A stretch of DNA of 64,000 nt from Eledone cirrhosa (lineage: Eukaryota). A program made the position numbers and the translations under genes. Under the pieces are notes generated by a model, which saw only the letters and a list, made by a program, of their open reading frames with translations, was not told the origin of the DNA and did no database searches. The stretch lies in NCBI GenBank assembly GCA_964016885.1, contig OZ024742.1:3410001-3474000 (forward strand), given 5' to 3'. Shown piece after piece: positions 11,232 to 23,262 of the stretch (position 1 is the first letter of the stretch; each line of letters begins with the position of its first letter).

Positions 11232-14090
11232 TTAGTGGGGGATAAGTGGGGGGAGGGGGGGGCGGTCGAACGCTAAAGGAATAAGGGTGGGGAGTTCAGG
11301 CCGGGGGGGGGGGGGTCTGTAAGATGAAGATATTGCGTCGTTCGACCGTAAGGCGATGGGCGGGTGTTCCGTGGCACTGGAGTAGGCCACAGACTGTGAG
11401 ATGGCGTGCGGAGTGTCCAGGGCCACCAAAGTGGCGGGCGATGGGGGAACTGCCCCCGAGACGAATGTCCCGGAGGTGCTCCGTGACTCGGTCCGCCAGG
11501 CGGCGTCCCGTCTGTCCGACATAAGTGGCGCTGCACCTCGTGCAACGAAGTCCGTAGACTAGGTTGGAGGAGGTGCAGCGGAAGGCATGCCGGACCGAGA
11601 GAGAGTGGCCGTTGGGACCCTGGAAGGTGGTGGTGTTGGTGATGTGGGGACAGGTGTTGCAGCGGGGCCTAGAACAGGGGAAGGAACCGGGGGGGGGGCG
11701 TGGGTTGGGGGGGGGAGCTGTGGACGAGGAGGGTGCGGAGATTGCGTGCGCGTTTGAAGGAGGGGAGTGGTGGGGTTGGGAAGATGTGGGAGGTGGAGGG
11801 GTCGGACTGGAGGTGTCGGAAGAGGCGGCGGATGGTGCGGTGGAGGGGTGCGGTGCAGGGGTGCGGTGGAGGGGTGCGGTGGAGGGGTGCGGTGGAGGGG
11901 TGGTAGGTGATGGGGAAGGGGAGACGGTGGGTGGGTGGGGGTGGCGTGGGGTGCGGGTGGTGGAGCGGGGGATAGCACGGGCGCGGGTGAGAACGGTGTG
12001 GACGAGAGAGGGGGGTAACCTCTGCGGATGAAATGGCTGACTAGGGAAAGGGCCTGGGACTCGAAGTCAGCATCTCGGCTACAGAGGCGGCGGATCCTGA
12101 GAAGTTGGGAGTAGGGAATGGAGAGTTTAGTGTGGGTGGGTGGGAAGAGGTGAAGTCGAGGTAAGAGTGGGAGTCGGTGGGTTTGAAGAATGCGGAGGTG
12201 ACGAGGGAGTGGTGGGAGGGGTCGAAGGCGACGGAGATGTCCAAGAAGTGGACGTGGGTGGTGGAGATAGAGGTGGTGAAGTGGAGGGAGGGGTGGAAGG
12301 AGCAGAAGAAGGAGAGAAAGGAGTCGAGCTGTACTCGGGTGAGGGTCGTGGCTCCGATACAGTCGTCAATGTAACGACCGTACAGTTCGGGCGTGGGGCC
12401 GGTGTACTGGGCAAAGATTTGGGCCTCAACATGGCCAACAAAAAGGTTGGCATAGTTCGGGCCCATTCTTGTGCCCATGGCTACCCCCGTGACCTGTTGG
12501 TAAAACTCACCCGAGAAGGAGAAACCATTTAGGGTGAGGACCAGCTCGGCGAGGCGAAGGAGGGTGGGGGTGGAAGGAATGGGGGAGGGGCGAAGGTCGA
12601 GGTAGTGTTTGAGGGCGCGAAGGCCGTCGGCGTGGGGCATGACGGTATAGAGGGACTTGATGTCTAGGGTGAAGAGGAATGGCTGAGGGCCGGGTAGGTA
12701 GGTGAAGGAGTCGAAAAGGCGCAGGGCGTGGTTGGTGTCAGAGATGTGGGAGGGGAGGGTGGTGACAAGGGGGGCGAGGAGGGAGTCGAGAAAGACGGAG
12801 ATGAGATCGGTGGGGCAGTTGCAAGCGGAGACGATGGGGCGGCCGGGGTTGTCGGGTTTGTGGAGTTTGGGGAGGAAGTAGATGGTGGGGGTGCGGGGTG
12901 TGCGGACGTTGAGGTGGGAAGCGGTGGGGGGGAGGAGGGAGGAGGCGATAAGGTCTTTGATGGTGGAGGAGACTTGTTGTTGGTAGAGGGGGGTGGGATC
13001 GGAGGGTAGAGGGCGGTAAAAGAGGGGGTTACAGAGCTGCCTGAGGGCTTCGGCCGTGTAGAGGTCCGCGCGCCATACCACCTCGGCGCCTCCCTTGTCC
13101 GCCGGTTTGATGACGATGTCATCTCGGCTACGGAGGGAGCGGAGAGCGAGGAGTTCGCCCCGTGAGATGTTGTGCCGTTTGGAACGGTGGCGGAAGTCGA
13201 AACGATTTACTGCGCTACGGCTGGCATCGACGAAGGCGTCCAGGGTGCTAAATTGCCCTGGGGCCGGCGTCCAAGAAGATGGTCGTCGGCCCAGGGCGAG
13301 AAACGGGTCTGGGGCGTCCGGAGCCGGTGGCGTTCGGCTGAAATGTGCCTGTAGCTTAGTGCGTCGCACGAATCGCTCGACTTCCGTTCGGGTGCGGAAC
13401 TCGTCGCTGAGCGGAGTGTGGGGTATGAAGCGAAGGCCTCTACTAAGGAGTGAGCGCTCAGGTGCGGAGAGGGGGAGGTCAGGGGGTAGGGTGACAACAA
13501 GGGGTGGGGTTTGTGGGTTTGGGGAGGGAAGGGAGGGTGTGGTGAGGGGTGGAGATTGGGTGGGGTGGGGGTCGGGGGAGAGGTGGGGAGTGGTGGGCGT
13601 ATGGGGATGGGCGGGTAGATGTGGATGGGGGGGGAGTGAGTGTAGCTTGCGGGCTTTGGTGGAGCTGAGGAACGAGAAGAGGTTGTGGTTGAGGTTGTGG
13701 ATGAAGGAGAGGATGGCTTGGGCGAGGAGGGGGTGGCAGGTGGAGTAAAGGCGGAGGAAGGTGGGGGTCAGTTGGTGGTCAAGTAGGCGGAGGGTGGAAC
13801 GGGAGGCGCGGATGGAGTTGCGCATCAGAAGGCGTGGGGATCGGGTGAGGATACGTTGCGCGGAGGGGGAAGCAGCGGGGGAGGGTGGAAGTGTAGACGG
13901 AAGCCAAGGGGCATAAGGTGGAGGCGGAGGCAGTGGCTGAGGAAATGGATGTGGCTGGAGTGCCGGGTTTTGGCGAAAAGAAGGTAGGAGAGTTGAAGGG
14001 CGGAGGGGAGATAGCAGGGTGGAAGGAGGGGGTGAGGAAAAGTTTGAGGCGATTGTGGAGTTGGTGGAGAAAGGATCTCAGGTTGGCCAT
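11232..14090 (-). pseudogene. PLE ORF: reverse transcriptase + Zn-finger linker + GIY-YIG endonuclease, frameshifted
   Basis: LLSRGLRFIP, IKPADKG, LPKLHK..PGRPIVS, LDIKSLYT, GVAMGTRMGPNYAN, RYIDD, FLD. Then CSRPRCNTC and CTSSNLVYGLRCTRCSATYVGQTGR..R..EH (read from about 11320-11690). Confidence 0.88.
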
Positions 14091-15139
14091 GATGGGCGTT
14101 GGGTGAAAGCAGGGGGAGGGATGAGAGGGCGGGGGTGTGAAGCGGGGTGGAGTGAACGAAGGGGTGAGTGCGAAGGATAGGCAGAGACGGGGAAGGGAAA
14201 AAGAACCAGAAAAACGTAGGGAGGGGGGAGTAAACACCGGAAAATTAAAGACAAAAAATCATAAAGGTAATGACACAGGCGATCGTGAACGAAAAATCAT
14301 AGAAATACAATTGTAAGAACACAGGCAAAAATCATATACGGAAAAAAAAGGGGTACGGTAACAAAATCAAACAGAGGTAATGCGTGGAAGGAAAGACAAA
14401 GTGTGGGAAGGTGTGTAAAGTTCGGAGAAAGGTCACGGCGGATTAGATCGGGGTTGAGCCGGTTGTTAAGTTAAGTTCCAAGGATGGAGGCCGTGTGAGC
14501 GTGTGTTATGTATAATGAAAAATTGAACAGGGACAGAACAGAGAGGCAGTACGATAAATGTTTATTAAATTCACGCTCAGGAGAGTGGGGGTAGGTGGGG
14601 GACGACGTTTCGGGCATAAGCCCTTCTTCAGGTGAGAGTTCAAAAGGTGTGTAGGGGAGTGGTGGAGAGACATATAGCGAAAGGAAACGGTGCGAATGAA
14701 AAATTAACAAATAAAGACAAAAATATAATAAATAATAAATAAAAATAAAGCATGATCAAAATACAAGGAATGAGAAAATTTAAAAATAAAGGCATGATCA
14801 AAATAAACTGAAATTAAAAGGGGGGTAAACAGGTGGTGGAAGGGTGTGGGGTGAGTAGAGGTGGTGGCGGATGGAGTGGGGAGAGGGAGACGGGGTGTCC
14901 GAGCGGGGAGGGCTGAGGGTGGTGTGTGTGGTTAGGTGTGCGTGTGTGTGTGTGTGTGTGTATGTGAAAGTGAGGGTTGGGGGAAGAACGGGGTTGCATG
15001 TTCAGGAAGGTGTTGTGGGGGGTGTTTTTGTGGGTCGGAGGGTCTGTGCGTGTGTGGATAGGGGGGTGGGGGGAGAGGAATCAGGGGGCTGAGGGTGTAA
15101 ATATGTGGTGGGAAGCACGTGTGTGTGGTTTAAGCGTAA

Positions 15140-15189
<50 letters not shown>

Positions 15190-15509
15190 TTAATTATATA
15201 TCTATTGCATTTTCAGGAATATTTGGTCCTCAAAGTATGAAACAATATTTTTGTCTCAGATTATCACTAATTCATTTATAATATCCTTAATATTTCACTA
15301 TCCATATTTACGAAAATATACTAGTTTGCGGCTAAAGAAATTCCCGCTGTGATTTATAATTAACGATGTAGGTATGGCATTGATTAATGATCATATTGTT
15401 ACCGCAAGTAAACCTGAATCTACATGATGATACCATAACTAACCCTGAGGAATCTTATAGGTAGGTGGAAGTCTGTAACCTCTACTAATTTCCACTGATT
15501 CTCATTTTA

Positions 15510-16790
15510 TCATAATCTATAAAGCTCAGTGTGTGGTCATGCTCCTTTCTTATAGAAATCTACGATATAGAATTTCTTCAATTGAAATTTGCAATTCAGT
15601 ATTCGAAATAGTTTCGATTGCGTCTTGGCACATCTCATGTTTTCAATTTCACCCACAATTACGCAAAAAGTCGATAAAACTCAATATTTTACGATTTTTC
15701 TCTGTCATTTAAACTGCTAAACTCTTTCCACTACCATTCAAAATCTATACAACTTCATACTTTCTGCTACTTTCTCTTTCCAATCTTGATGGTGATACTG
15801 TCCGTTTTACTCTCTCATATCATCTGCATACCTCTATCTACAACCCACACATTTTGCTACTTTCTCTTTTATACTTCAAATCATTTCATACGAAACGACA
15901 ATTATTCAAAAGCAACAGATACATTTATTCAACAACAAGCGATAAATCTTTTTTAAAACCTCTTTTCCAAACGCATACAAACACACACTCACTTCAACAA
16001 CAACAACAACAATCTGCCTTTTATAGATAATGATAAACAATAATATCCTCTATGAGGTCACTAAACCTGCTAGAAACAGCAGCTAACTCTCCCCCATACC
16101 ACACCCCTCCCTACTGTCTTAAATTTAGAAAACATATCTTCTATGAGGTCACTAAACCTGCTAGAAACAGCAGCTAAATCTCCCCCATATCACACCACTC
16201 CCTACTGTCTTAAATTTAGGAAACACATATCCTCTATGAGGTTACTAAACCTGCTAGAAACAGCAGCTAACTTTCCCCCATATCACACCCATCCCTACTG
16301 TCTTAAATTTAGAAAACATATCTTCTATGAGGTCACTAAACCTGCTAGAAACAGCAGCTAACTCTCCTCCATATCACACCACTCCCTACTGTCTTAAATT
16401 TAGAAAACACATATCCTCTATGAGGTCACTAAACCTGCTAGAAACAACAGCTAACTCTCCCTCATATCACAACCCTCCCTACTGTCTTAAATTTAGAAAA
16501 CACACAGACAACCACGCAGAACAACTCCATCGCAGCTCTGTTGTTCGGCTGGCATCGTCTACGCGCGTGTTGCGCAAGTACTGTGAAACAATAAATTTCA
16601 ACACTTTTTTGCACAGAGATAATATCCATAGGCGAAACTACAATTGTCACTGCTGGCGCAGCTCCTGCTTCCAGGTGTGCAATTCATTCACCCAGTGCCT
16701 GGCAGACAAAAAAGTGCTGCCATAAAATGGGTGGTGCAACCTAACTTTGGTAACTTAATGACCCCGAGCAACGCCGGGCTTTAATGCTAG
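15510..16790 (+). mobile_element. Non-autonomous Helitron (5' end tentative)
   Basis: 3' hairpin CCCGAGCAACGCCGGG followed by CTAG|T at 16787-16791. Candidate 5' end A|TCATAATCTATAAAG. Confidence 0.6.
16044..16503 (+). repeat. Tandem array of about five 92-94 bp units inside the Helitron
   Basis: Unit CTCTATGAGGTCACTAAACCTGCTAGAAACAGCAGCTAACTCTCCCCCATA...CTACTGTCTTAAATTTAGAAAACA. Confidence 0.9.
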
Positions 16791-16857
16791 TATAGAATAA
16801 AAGATCTGATCGTAGTTATAAACACTATTAAATATATCAAGCAATTTCTATTGGATA

Positions 16858-17015
16858 AGTTGGTGATTTGGAATAGTCATTAGAACGTCGGATAGAATGT
16901 TTTGCGATATTCGTTTCAGCTCTCTGCTCTCTGAGTTCAAATCCAGCTGAAGTCAATGTTTCCTTTCATCCATTCGAGATCGATAAAATTAAGTACCAGT
17001 CAATTACTGGGGTAA
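16858..17015 (+). mobile_element. SINE (MetaSINE-type), diverged
   Basis: GAGTTCAAATCC B box and CTTTCATCCATTCGAGATCGATAAAATTAAGTACCAG core. Confidence 0.7.
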
Positions 17016-17511
17016 ATTCTTCCTCTATATCGCCTTCTCACTTCCATTCTCTCTCACTCTCCCTCTCTCTTCTTCTCTGGAAGATATCTACTGTATTCAC
17101 ACCTGGAAATGAGATGGTTTCCACCAGATTTAAAAATGCTACTCAGCTACTTACACTATAATAAAAGATGGACTATATACGTTGTCACACACTGTTATGC
17201 TGAATCTCCCTCAGAATTACATTAAGGTTACACGTGCCTGTTGAATACCCCACCTACTTCCACTTTAATTTCCCTTGCAGGCTGTTTTATTGATCTAACA
17301 ACTGAAACACTCCTAAATTACCGTTGGTCCCTTTACATCTACCCCTGTTGTGGGTGGTAACGATTTTACTAATACAAATGACTTACATCACTTTAACAAC
17401 TAATTATACCCATATCAAGTTTTGTTAATCTTTTATATAATTTTTATTTTGTTAGTTTTGTTTTTGTGTATATAATTTTATTCTTTAATTCCTTTACTGC
17501 TTTTAGTCGTT

Positions 17512-17612
17512 GGACGGTGGCCATGTCCGGCACTGCCTTCAAACTGGACCGTGGCCATGTCCGGTACTGCCTTCAAACTGGACCGTGGCCATGTGTGGCA
17601 CAGCCTTCAAAC
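17512..17612 (+). repeat. Three copies of a 34-bp tandem repeat
   Basis: Unit GGACCGTGGCCATGTCCGGCACTGCCTTCAAACT. Confidence 0.85.
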
Positions 17613-17779
17613 ATTTCTCTAATCAACTCAGCCCCACATCCTATTTCAAACTAGTACTTGTTTTATCGAACACGATATGTATCTTTACGGTGTAAAGAAG
17701 ACGAGACTTGATACACGAATTTACTTATATATATATATAAACAGGTTTCTCACTAACACTTTCCAGTCTCATCTATCTA

Positions 17780-18030
17780 CCTCTTCTAGCTTTACTAGTC
17801 TCTGCTACCTCTACCTTGCTAGTATCATGCCATTTATATATAGACACGTTATACACAGTTGTATCTCTTCTATTCACCACCCATATTATGTTGAACCCCC
17901 TTATAAACGCCACACAATCAATATGCCAAGTCTTTCCTACTCAGTGCGTCATCTATCTGTAACTCCCTCCCTTCTAAAACGAGAGAGCTTCCAACAGTTT
18001 AAGAGGAACGTTAAAGGCATTGATCTCTCC
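17780..18030 (+). mobile_element. Decayed 3' fragment of a CR1/Jockey-like LINE ORF2
   Basis: Remnants resembling HP..V..P....T..Y..SF......NSLP...FQQFKRNV, typical of the ORF2 C-terminus. Heavily frameshifted. Confidence 0.35.
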
Positions 18031-18806
18031 TATCTGAGAAGCTCTGAGAAGGATGTATGCCATGCTTCTAATACGAGAAATTAATTATTTTGTTAAATGA
18101 TAAAACTACATTAAAATGGTGGCGTACATATTTTAATTTCGAAATATATCAGAGACGCAGTGTCACCTAAAATTTAGCAGCGGTCCTCCACATATTCTTG
18201 TATATAGTTTTACAAAGATGAGTAAAATAAGTGTTAGTTAAGACACGATCAATTTAATATACTACATACCCAATACCAGTTATGTTATAGATAATCGTAC
18301 AACATTAGATATCACTATTTCCATATCGAGACTAAAACATGGTATACCATTGTCCAAAACCTATTAAAATCGGTTGTCTTTCTCATTCTCTTTCACCATG
18401 AAGGCTGATAAAAACAAGCAAAGCACATTTGCTACGCTCAATTAACTCCGATTATTCTCCAACGTACAACAACATCATAGCTATATTCCACTTACACAAA
18501 TTACCTTTCATATATGTGTATATGAAGGCTGCTAAGTCTTCTGATATTAGGTATTAACAGTAAAACTGTCTAGAATATAATTAGCATTAAAAATTATATA
18601 TACTTTTCTGATTGAAATGTTCACAGGATATAATTCTAGATTATATCGCTTGGCAGTTTATATACATTATATATATATAGTATTTTCCGTAGTGTTGTAA
18701 TATGAATATTACACACAGTAGATGGACAGCTCACGTAGAGTTTTCTCGACGGTTCCAGTTGTAGTTTCAAAAGTAATCCGGAGATGTATCATACCTAAAA
18801 TGCTTG

Positions 18807-18846
<40 letters not shown>

Positions 18847-19434
18847 CACACATATATACAAGTATTTGTTATCAATAATGTGTTAGTAGATCCATGCAAA
18901 CAAAACAACTAAGTGTAATCAACAATAAGCACTCCATGGCATGGGTATCTATAAGGTATTACGCATATATCAGACGAAGTATACATATTATGTAAAAAGG
19001 AAAAAGACGGTTTTATATAGTCAAATTCAGATTATTGTCTTACATAATACCTGTTAAGCAGAATACAGAAAATGTTTGATGCTTAAAAGATTTATCAGTT
19101 CATTATCTCCCTCTTCTTTATTTTTCATTGTCGATATGATTATTCTATCGTTATTCGAAATCCTAGTCATTCTGATTTCCTCACTTGATCTAAGAACATG
19201 GCCTCTCTCTAAATACTTCATAACTAGTGACTTGACAACAGATAAGTCCTGTAGGCATTTGATTGTAAAGACACGTGGCATTGTGGCGATGATGTTGGGA
19301 TCACGATAATAAGTACATGAGTTCGATTTCAGGAGCGGGTGGAGCATTATCACACGTCGCACCACTCACGAAAACGTACCCGTAATTTAGATGGCCAGCT
19401 TGTGGTATACATACATGTGTGAGAGATAGAGAGA

Positions 19435-19527
<93 letters not shown>

Positions 19528-19786
19528 AGATATAGAGACACACACAGATACATGCGGACACATACATATACATGAATATATCCACATCTATCCTTGAGTT
19601 AATGGTGCCAACCTCTTCTACGGCCTCGATATAAATACCCCCTCCGCCTCCGTGGTATTTTTTTCAGGGTTATAAGAGGCTTAGCTCTGTTTCTTGACCG
19701 CTGTATCACGTGATTGACTCCCCCTCCGCCTTTCGGGATTCTATCTCGCATCTTACAGACGTGTTTTGAAACCCTTAATGAGGTAT

Positions 19787-19874
19787 CCTCTTGATAAGTC
19801 AGCAGACCTCACAAAAATTCTGTATCTCTGTGATGTATTGTTTTTGATTATGCCACGAAACTACGTAGTCGAGG
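19787..19874 (+). ncRNA. Type I hammerhead with U3-A8 variant core and large loop 2, in a PLE 3'-end remnant (about 19600-19950)
   Basis: CCTC-TTGATAA-GTCAGCA...TGCCAC-GAAA-CTACGTAG-TC-GAGG. Palindromic stem III ACTACGTAGT and GUC triplet. Confidence 0.7.
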
Positions 19875-19967
19875 AATTTAGAAGCAGTTTAGGTATGATA
19901 CATCTTATTACTAATTATATCTAATGTGTCTTCTCTCTTCATAATGTACTATATATATATATATGAA

Positions 19968-20318
19968 GTATTTCCGTAGGAAAGGTAATGGAAAAGAGAG
20001 TGCTCTATGTAGGCTACATCGCTTTTTAGTTATGTAATAAACAGCATAAGATAATTATTTCATTTACCAATGTTTTCACGAAGACAGACGAGCCTGGCAC
20101 AGACAGCTGCCTTCAATCGTCAGAATGAAATTTTATTTAAAATGGAAGTGAGATATGGATTTCAAAACAGAGTCTAGGACAATTGTCCATATCTCACTTC
20201 CATTTAAAATAAAATTTCATTCTGACGATTGAAGGCAGACGTCTGTGCCAGGCTCGTCTGTCTTCATGAAACCATTGGTAAATGAAATAATTATCTTATC
20301 TTGTTTATTACATAACTA
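19968..20318. mobile_element. Fold-back HHR mini-element in (TA)n
   Basis: Inverted arms 20027-20159 and 20186-20318. Tail 19968-20026 begins with GTATT. (TA)n on both sides. Confidence 0.8.
20214..20288 (+). ncRNA. Type I hammerhead ribozyme
   Basis: ATTTCATT-CTGACGA-T-TGAAGGCAGACG...CGTCTGTCTTCA-T-GAAA-CCATTGG-TA-AATGAAAT: 8-bp stem I, 12-bp stem II, GUA triplet. Confidence 0.85.
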
Positions 20319-20430
20319 TATATATATATATATATATATAACGAAGGAAATGCCATGATAGAATCATCTGTCTTTACAACAAATTTTTGACCAATCATTT
20401 TGACAATTACTATATCTTCCCATATAAGGA

Positions 20431-20532
20431 ATTACCCCCTGAGAAGTTCGGCTATTTATTTACCAGGCTAAAAATTCTTATTTAATCCAGAATTAGCCGT
20501 CGAAACGGCTTGAGCTCTGCCGTCGGGGTAAT
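20431..20532 (+). ncRNA. Type I hammerhead with stable stem III (core possibly mutated), next to (TA)n
   Basis: ATTACCCC-CTGAGAA-GTTCGGCTA...TAGCCGTC-GAAA-CGGC-TTGAGCTCT-GCCG-TC-GGGGTAAT. The 3' half recurs at 9677-9722 and 42175-42295. Confidence 0.7.
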
Positions 20533-20539
20533 ACTTGTT

Positions 20540-20601
<62 letters not shown>

Positions 20602-21425
20602 GCAGACACACACATATATATATATGCATACATATATATATATATGCATATATATGCATATATATTATATGCATACACACATATATGCATATATATGCAT
20701 ATATATTATATGCATACACACATATATATATATATGCATACATATATATATATATGCATATATATGCAAGGGAGGGTGAGTGAGTGTGTGTACGTGTTTA
20801 TGACTATGAACGTATTTTTCTCTTTAGAAATAACCGTTGCTTCTTGCAGAAATATCAATTTCCAAAACGAATTTCTAATGCAACCCAATCCGATATTCAT
20901 TATACTTGAAAATCTTGTATGATTTCATTATGAGATATTTTATTACAAATGTATCTGCAAGTTTATCGAAAATTAGGCAATTAAAACTGATAATGTTAAG
21001 ATGGAATTTATAGATATTGAACAGAATGACTATCATTTAGAGCTAATGGAATCTTAGCTATATCTCCCGATACAATCTGATAGTAAATTTATAGTTATAA
21101 TTTGGAGAGAATTGTATTAAAACAATAGAGGACAGTCCAATAAAGCAAGGCCAATAAGCCGTTTCAAATGACGTATGGAAACCGTTTAGATTCAATTAGG
21201 TTTGTATTGGTCTTAATAAAAGCATGGATATTACAATAACAGCAGCTTCTTTGCTGAGGATTTTGCCGAGAGAAAATGCGAGAGGAAAAAAATCATAATT
21301 CCTAACATAGACACAATATTAAGATTACAAGATACATGGGTGCTGGTAGAGCTGAGTAAATCAACTCCCAATAGTAGTTTAGTAATTATTCCAGTGATCC
21401 AAGATTTCTGGTTATATTAACTGTA

Positions 21426-21880
21426 CTAGCAAAAAAACCACCTTTCGGGTGGTTTTCTGCTAGCATGTGTAGTGTGTATATTGATATTATACACAAATAT
21501 ATATGCATGTAAATATAATCCTAATTGGCAATGAACGAAGACTGCGTTATACTGTCTTCTGTAATCAGTAACGTAATCCATGGTACATTTAAAAAAAAGA
21601 CGACATTATATATGAACTGCATTAGGAGAAAATTAGCGACGGAAATATATGCGATTATAAGTGTTATAATATAACGGCCGCTAACCGGAAGTGTTAACAT
21701 TTGACAATTTTAAAGAAGTGAATCTTTAAATAAGCTATAAAATATATTTAATCAACAGCCACCAAATTTAGTAGACAAATTATGTAATATTCATTCAAGT
21801 AATCCAACTTATTTTACAAACGGGGTAAAAAAAAATATTCTGAATGCAGTCCCGCACTACTTACTTTATTATACTTAAGA
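21426..21880 (-). mobile_element. Short non-autonomous Helitron
   Basis: Minus-strand 5' end A|TCTTAAGTATAATAAAG. 3' hairpin AAAACCACCCGAAAGGTGGTTTT followed by CTAG|T. Confidence 0.65.
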
Positions 21881-21924
21881 TTATTTTATGAAGTTCAGAA
21901 TAATGCTTTCTGTTTTAGACAGAA

Positions 21925-22250
21925 AGACAACAATTTGGAGAGAGGGGAAAGTTAATTAAATTCACCCCACTGTATTACTGGCACTTTAATTTATCGACCC
22001 CGTCAGGATGAAGGGCAAAGCTAATATCGGCGGGATTTGAACTCATGCTAAGTCCATAATAATGGTTTCTTATATAAGCACAAGGCCAGTAATTTGGGGG
22101 ATGGGAAGTCGATTAAATCGATCCCAGTGCATTACTGGCACTTTAATTTATCGACCCCGTAAGGATGAAAGTTCACCTCGGCGGGATTTGAACTCAGATC
22201 ATAACGGGCCGTAACTCTATACTGCAAAGCATGGTATCCGACGCTCTAAA
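21925..22250 (-). mobile_element. Two tandem SINE copies
   Basis: The ATCGACCCCGTAAGGATGAA...GGGATTTGAACTC core and B box occur twice. Confidence 0.75.
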
Positions 22251-22446
22251 TATAAGCCAATGTCTATGTGACGCATGGTCGAAGGAATGTTTGTATGCAG
22301 CAGGAGTAAAACAGTATTGTATTTAAATATCAACATTATCAAGTTCCTACCGATCACTTATCATGGAAGTAATTCTGCTTTTGAATTATGAGTGATTCGT
22401 TTCTATAGGCGATTTAAGGATATGGCCATCTGAATCCGAGAGTCGT

Positions 22447-22597
<151 letters not shown>

Positions 22598-23262
22598 ATA
22601 GTATTAATTATACTATTTATGGTTATGTAAATACAAAAACCTTTTGCAGTTATATATATTTTTATACAAACCCTAAATAGTGGTAGGCAGTAATATATTA
22701 CTACCTTATTACCAGTAAGTTAAGTAGCTCAATGTAAAAACATCAGATGATTTACAGAGCAGTTATATGAAATATAAGAATCAAAGAACTGTTCAAAATT
22801 TTTATGCTTACAACTGTTTCCTCCAAACCGAGGTTTGGATTCTTCGGAGCAATTTATTATTGAATGAACACTTATATGACCTCCTTTTCACCCAAGAGAC
22901 ATAGAGATACATATGCAAATATTGTGGGTCAACATTCATTACAGCATTTAGAGTGGCAGTACACACTTAGAGATTACATTCATATTAAAAGATACAATCA
23001 AAAATACAGGTTAAAATACAACATGAAAATAAGCGGTTATATAGTGCAAGTGTTATATGTGTGGCAAGCACGTGCGTCTTGTTTATATAGTGTGGCAGAG
23101 AGTTACGTGTAGTAGAAGCACTTAAGTAGGTAAACAAGAGTGTTAGGTTGGTTGATCTGGTGGCAAATTATTTATATGATTGTTATAGTCTGTGTGTGGA
23201 GAAATAATATAAGCATTAAAAATAGTGAAAGCATTAAACATATTAAAAATATTGGAAATGCA

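Larger units (their letters stand above)
9792..15137 (-). mobile_element. Penelope-like element, Neptune-type, with direct pseudo-LTRs, inserted in (TA)n
   Basis: RT + GIY-YIG ORF between direct repeats 9792-10419 and 14511-15137. (TA)n on both flanks. Confidence 0.9.
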
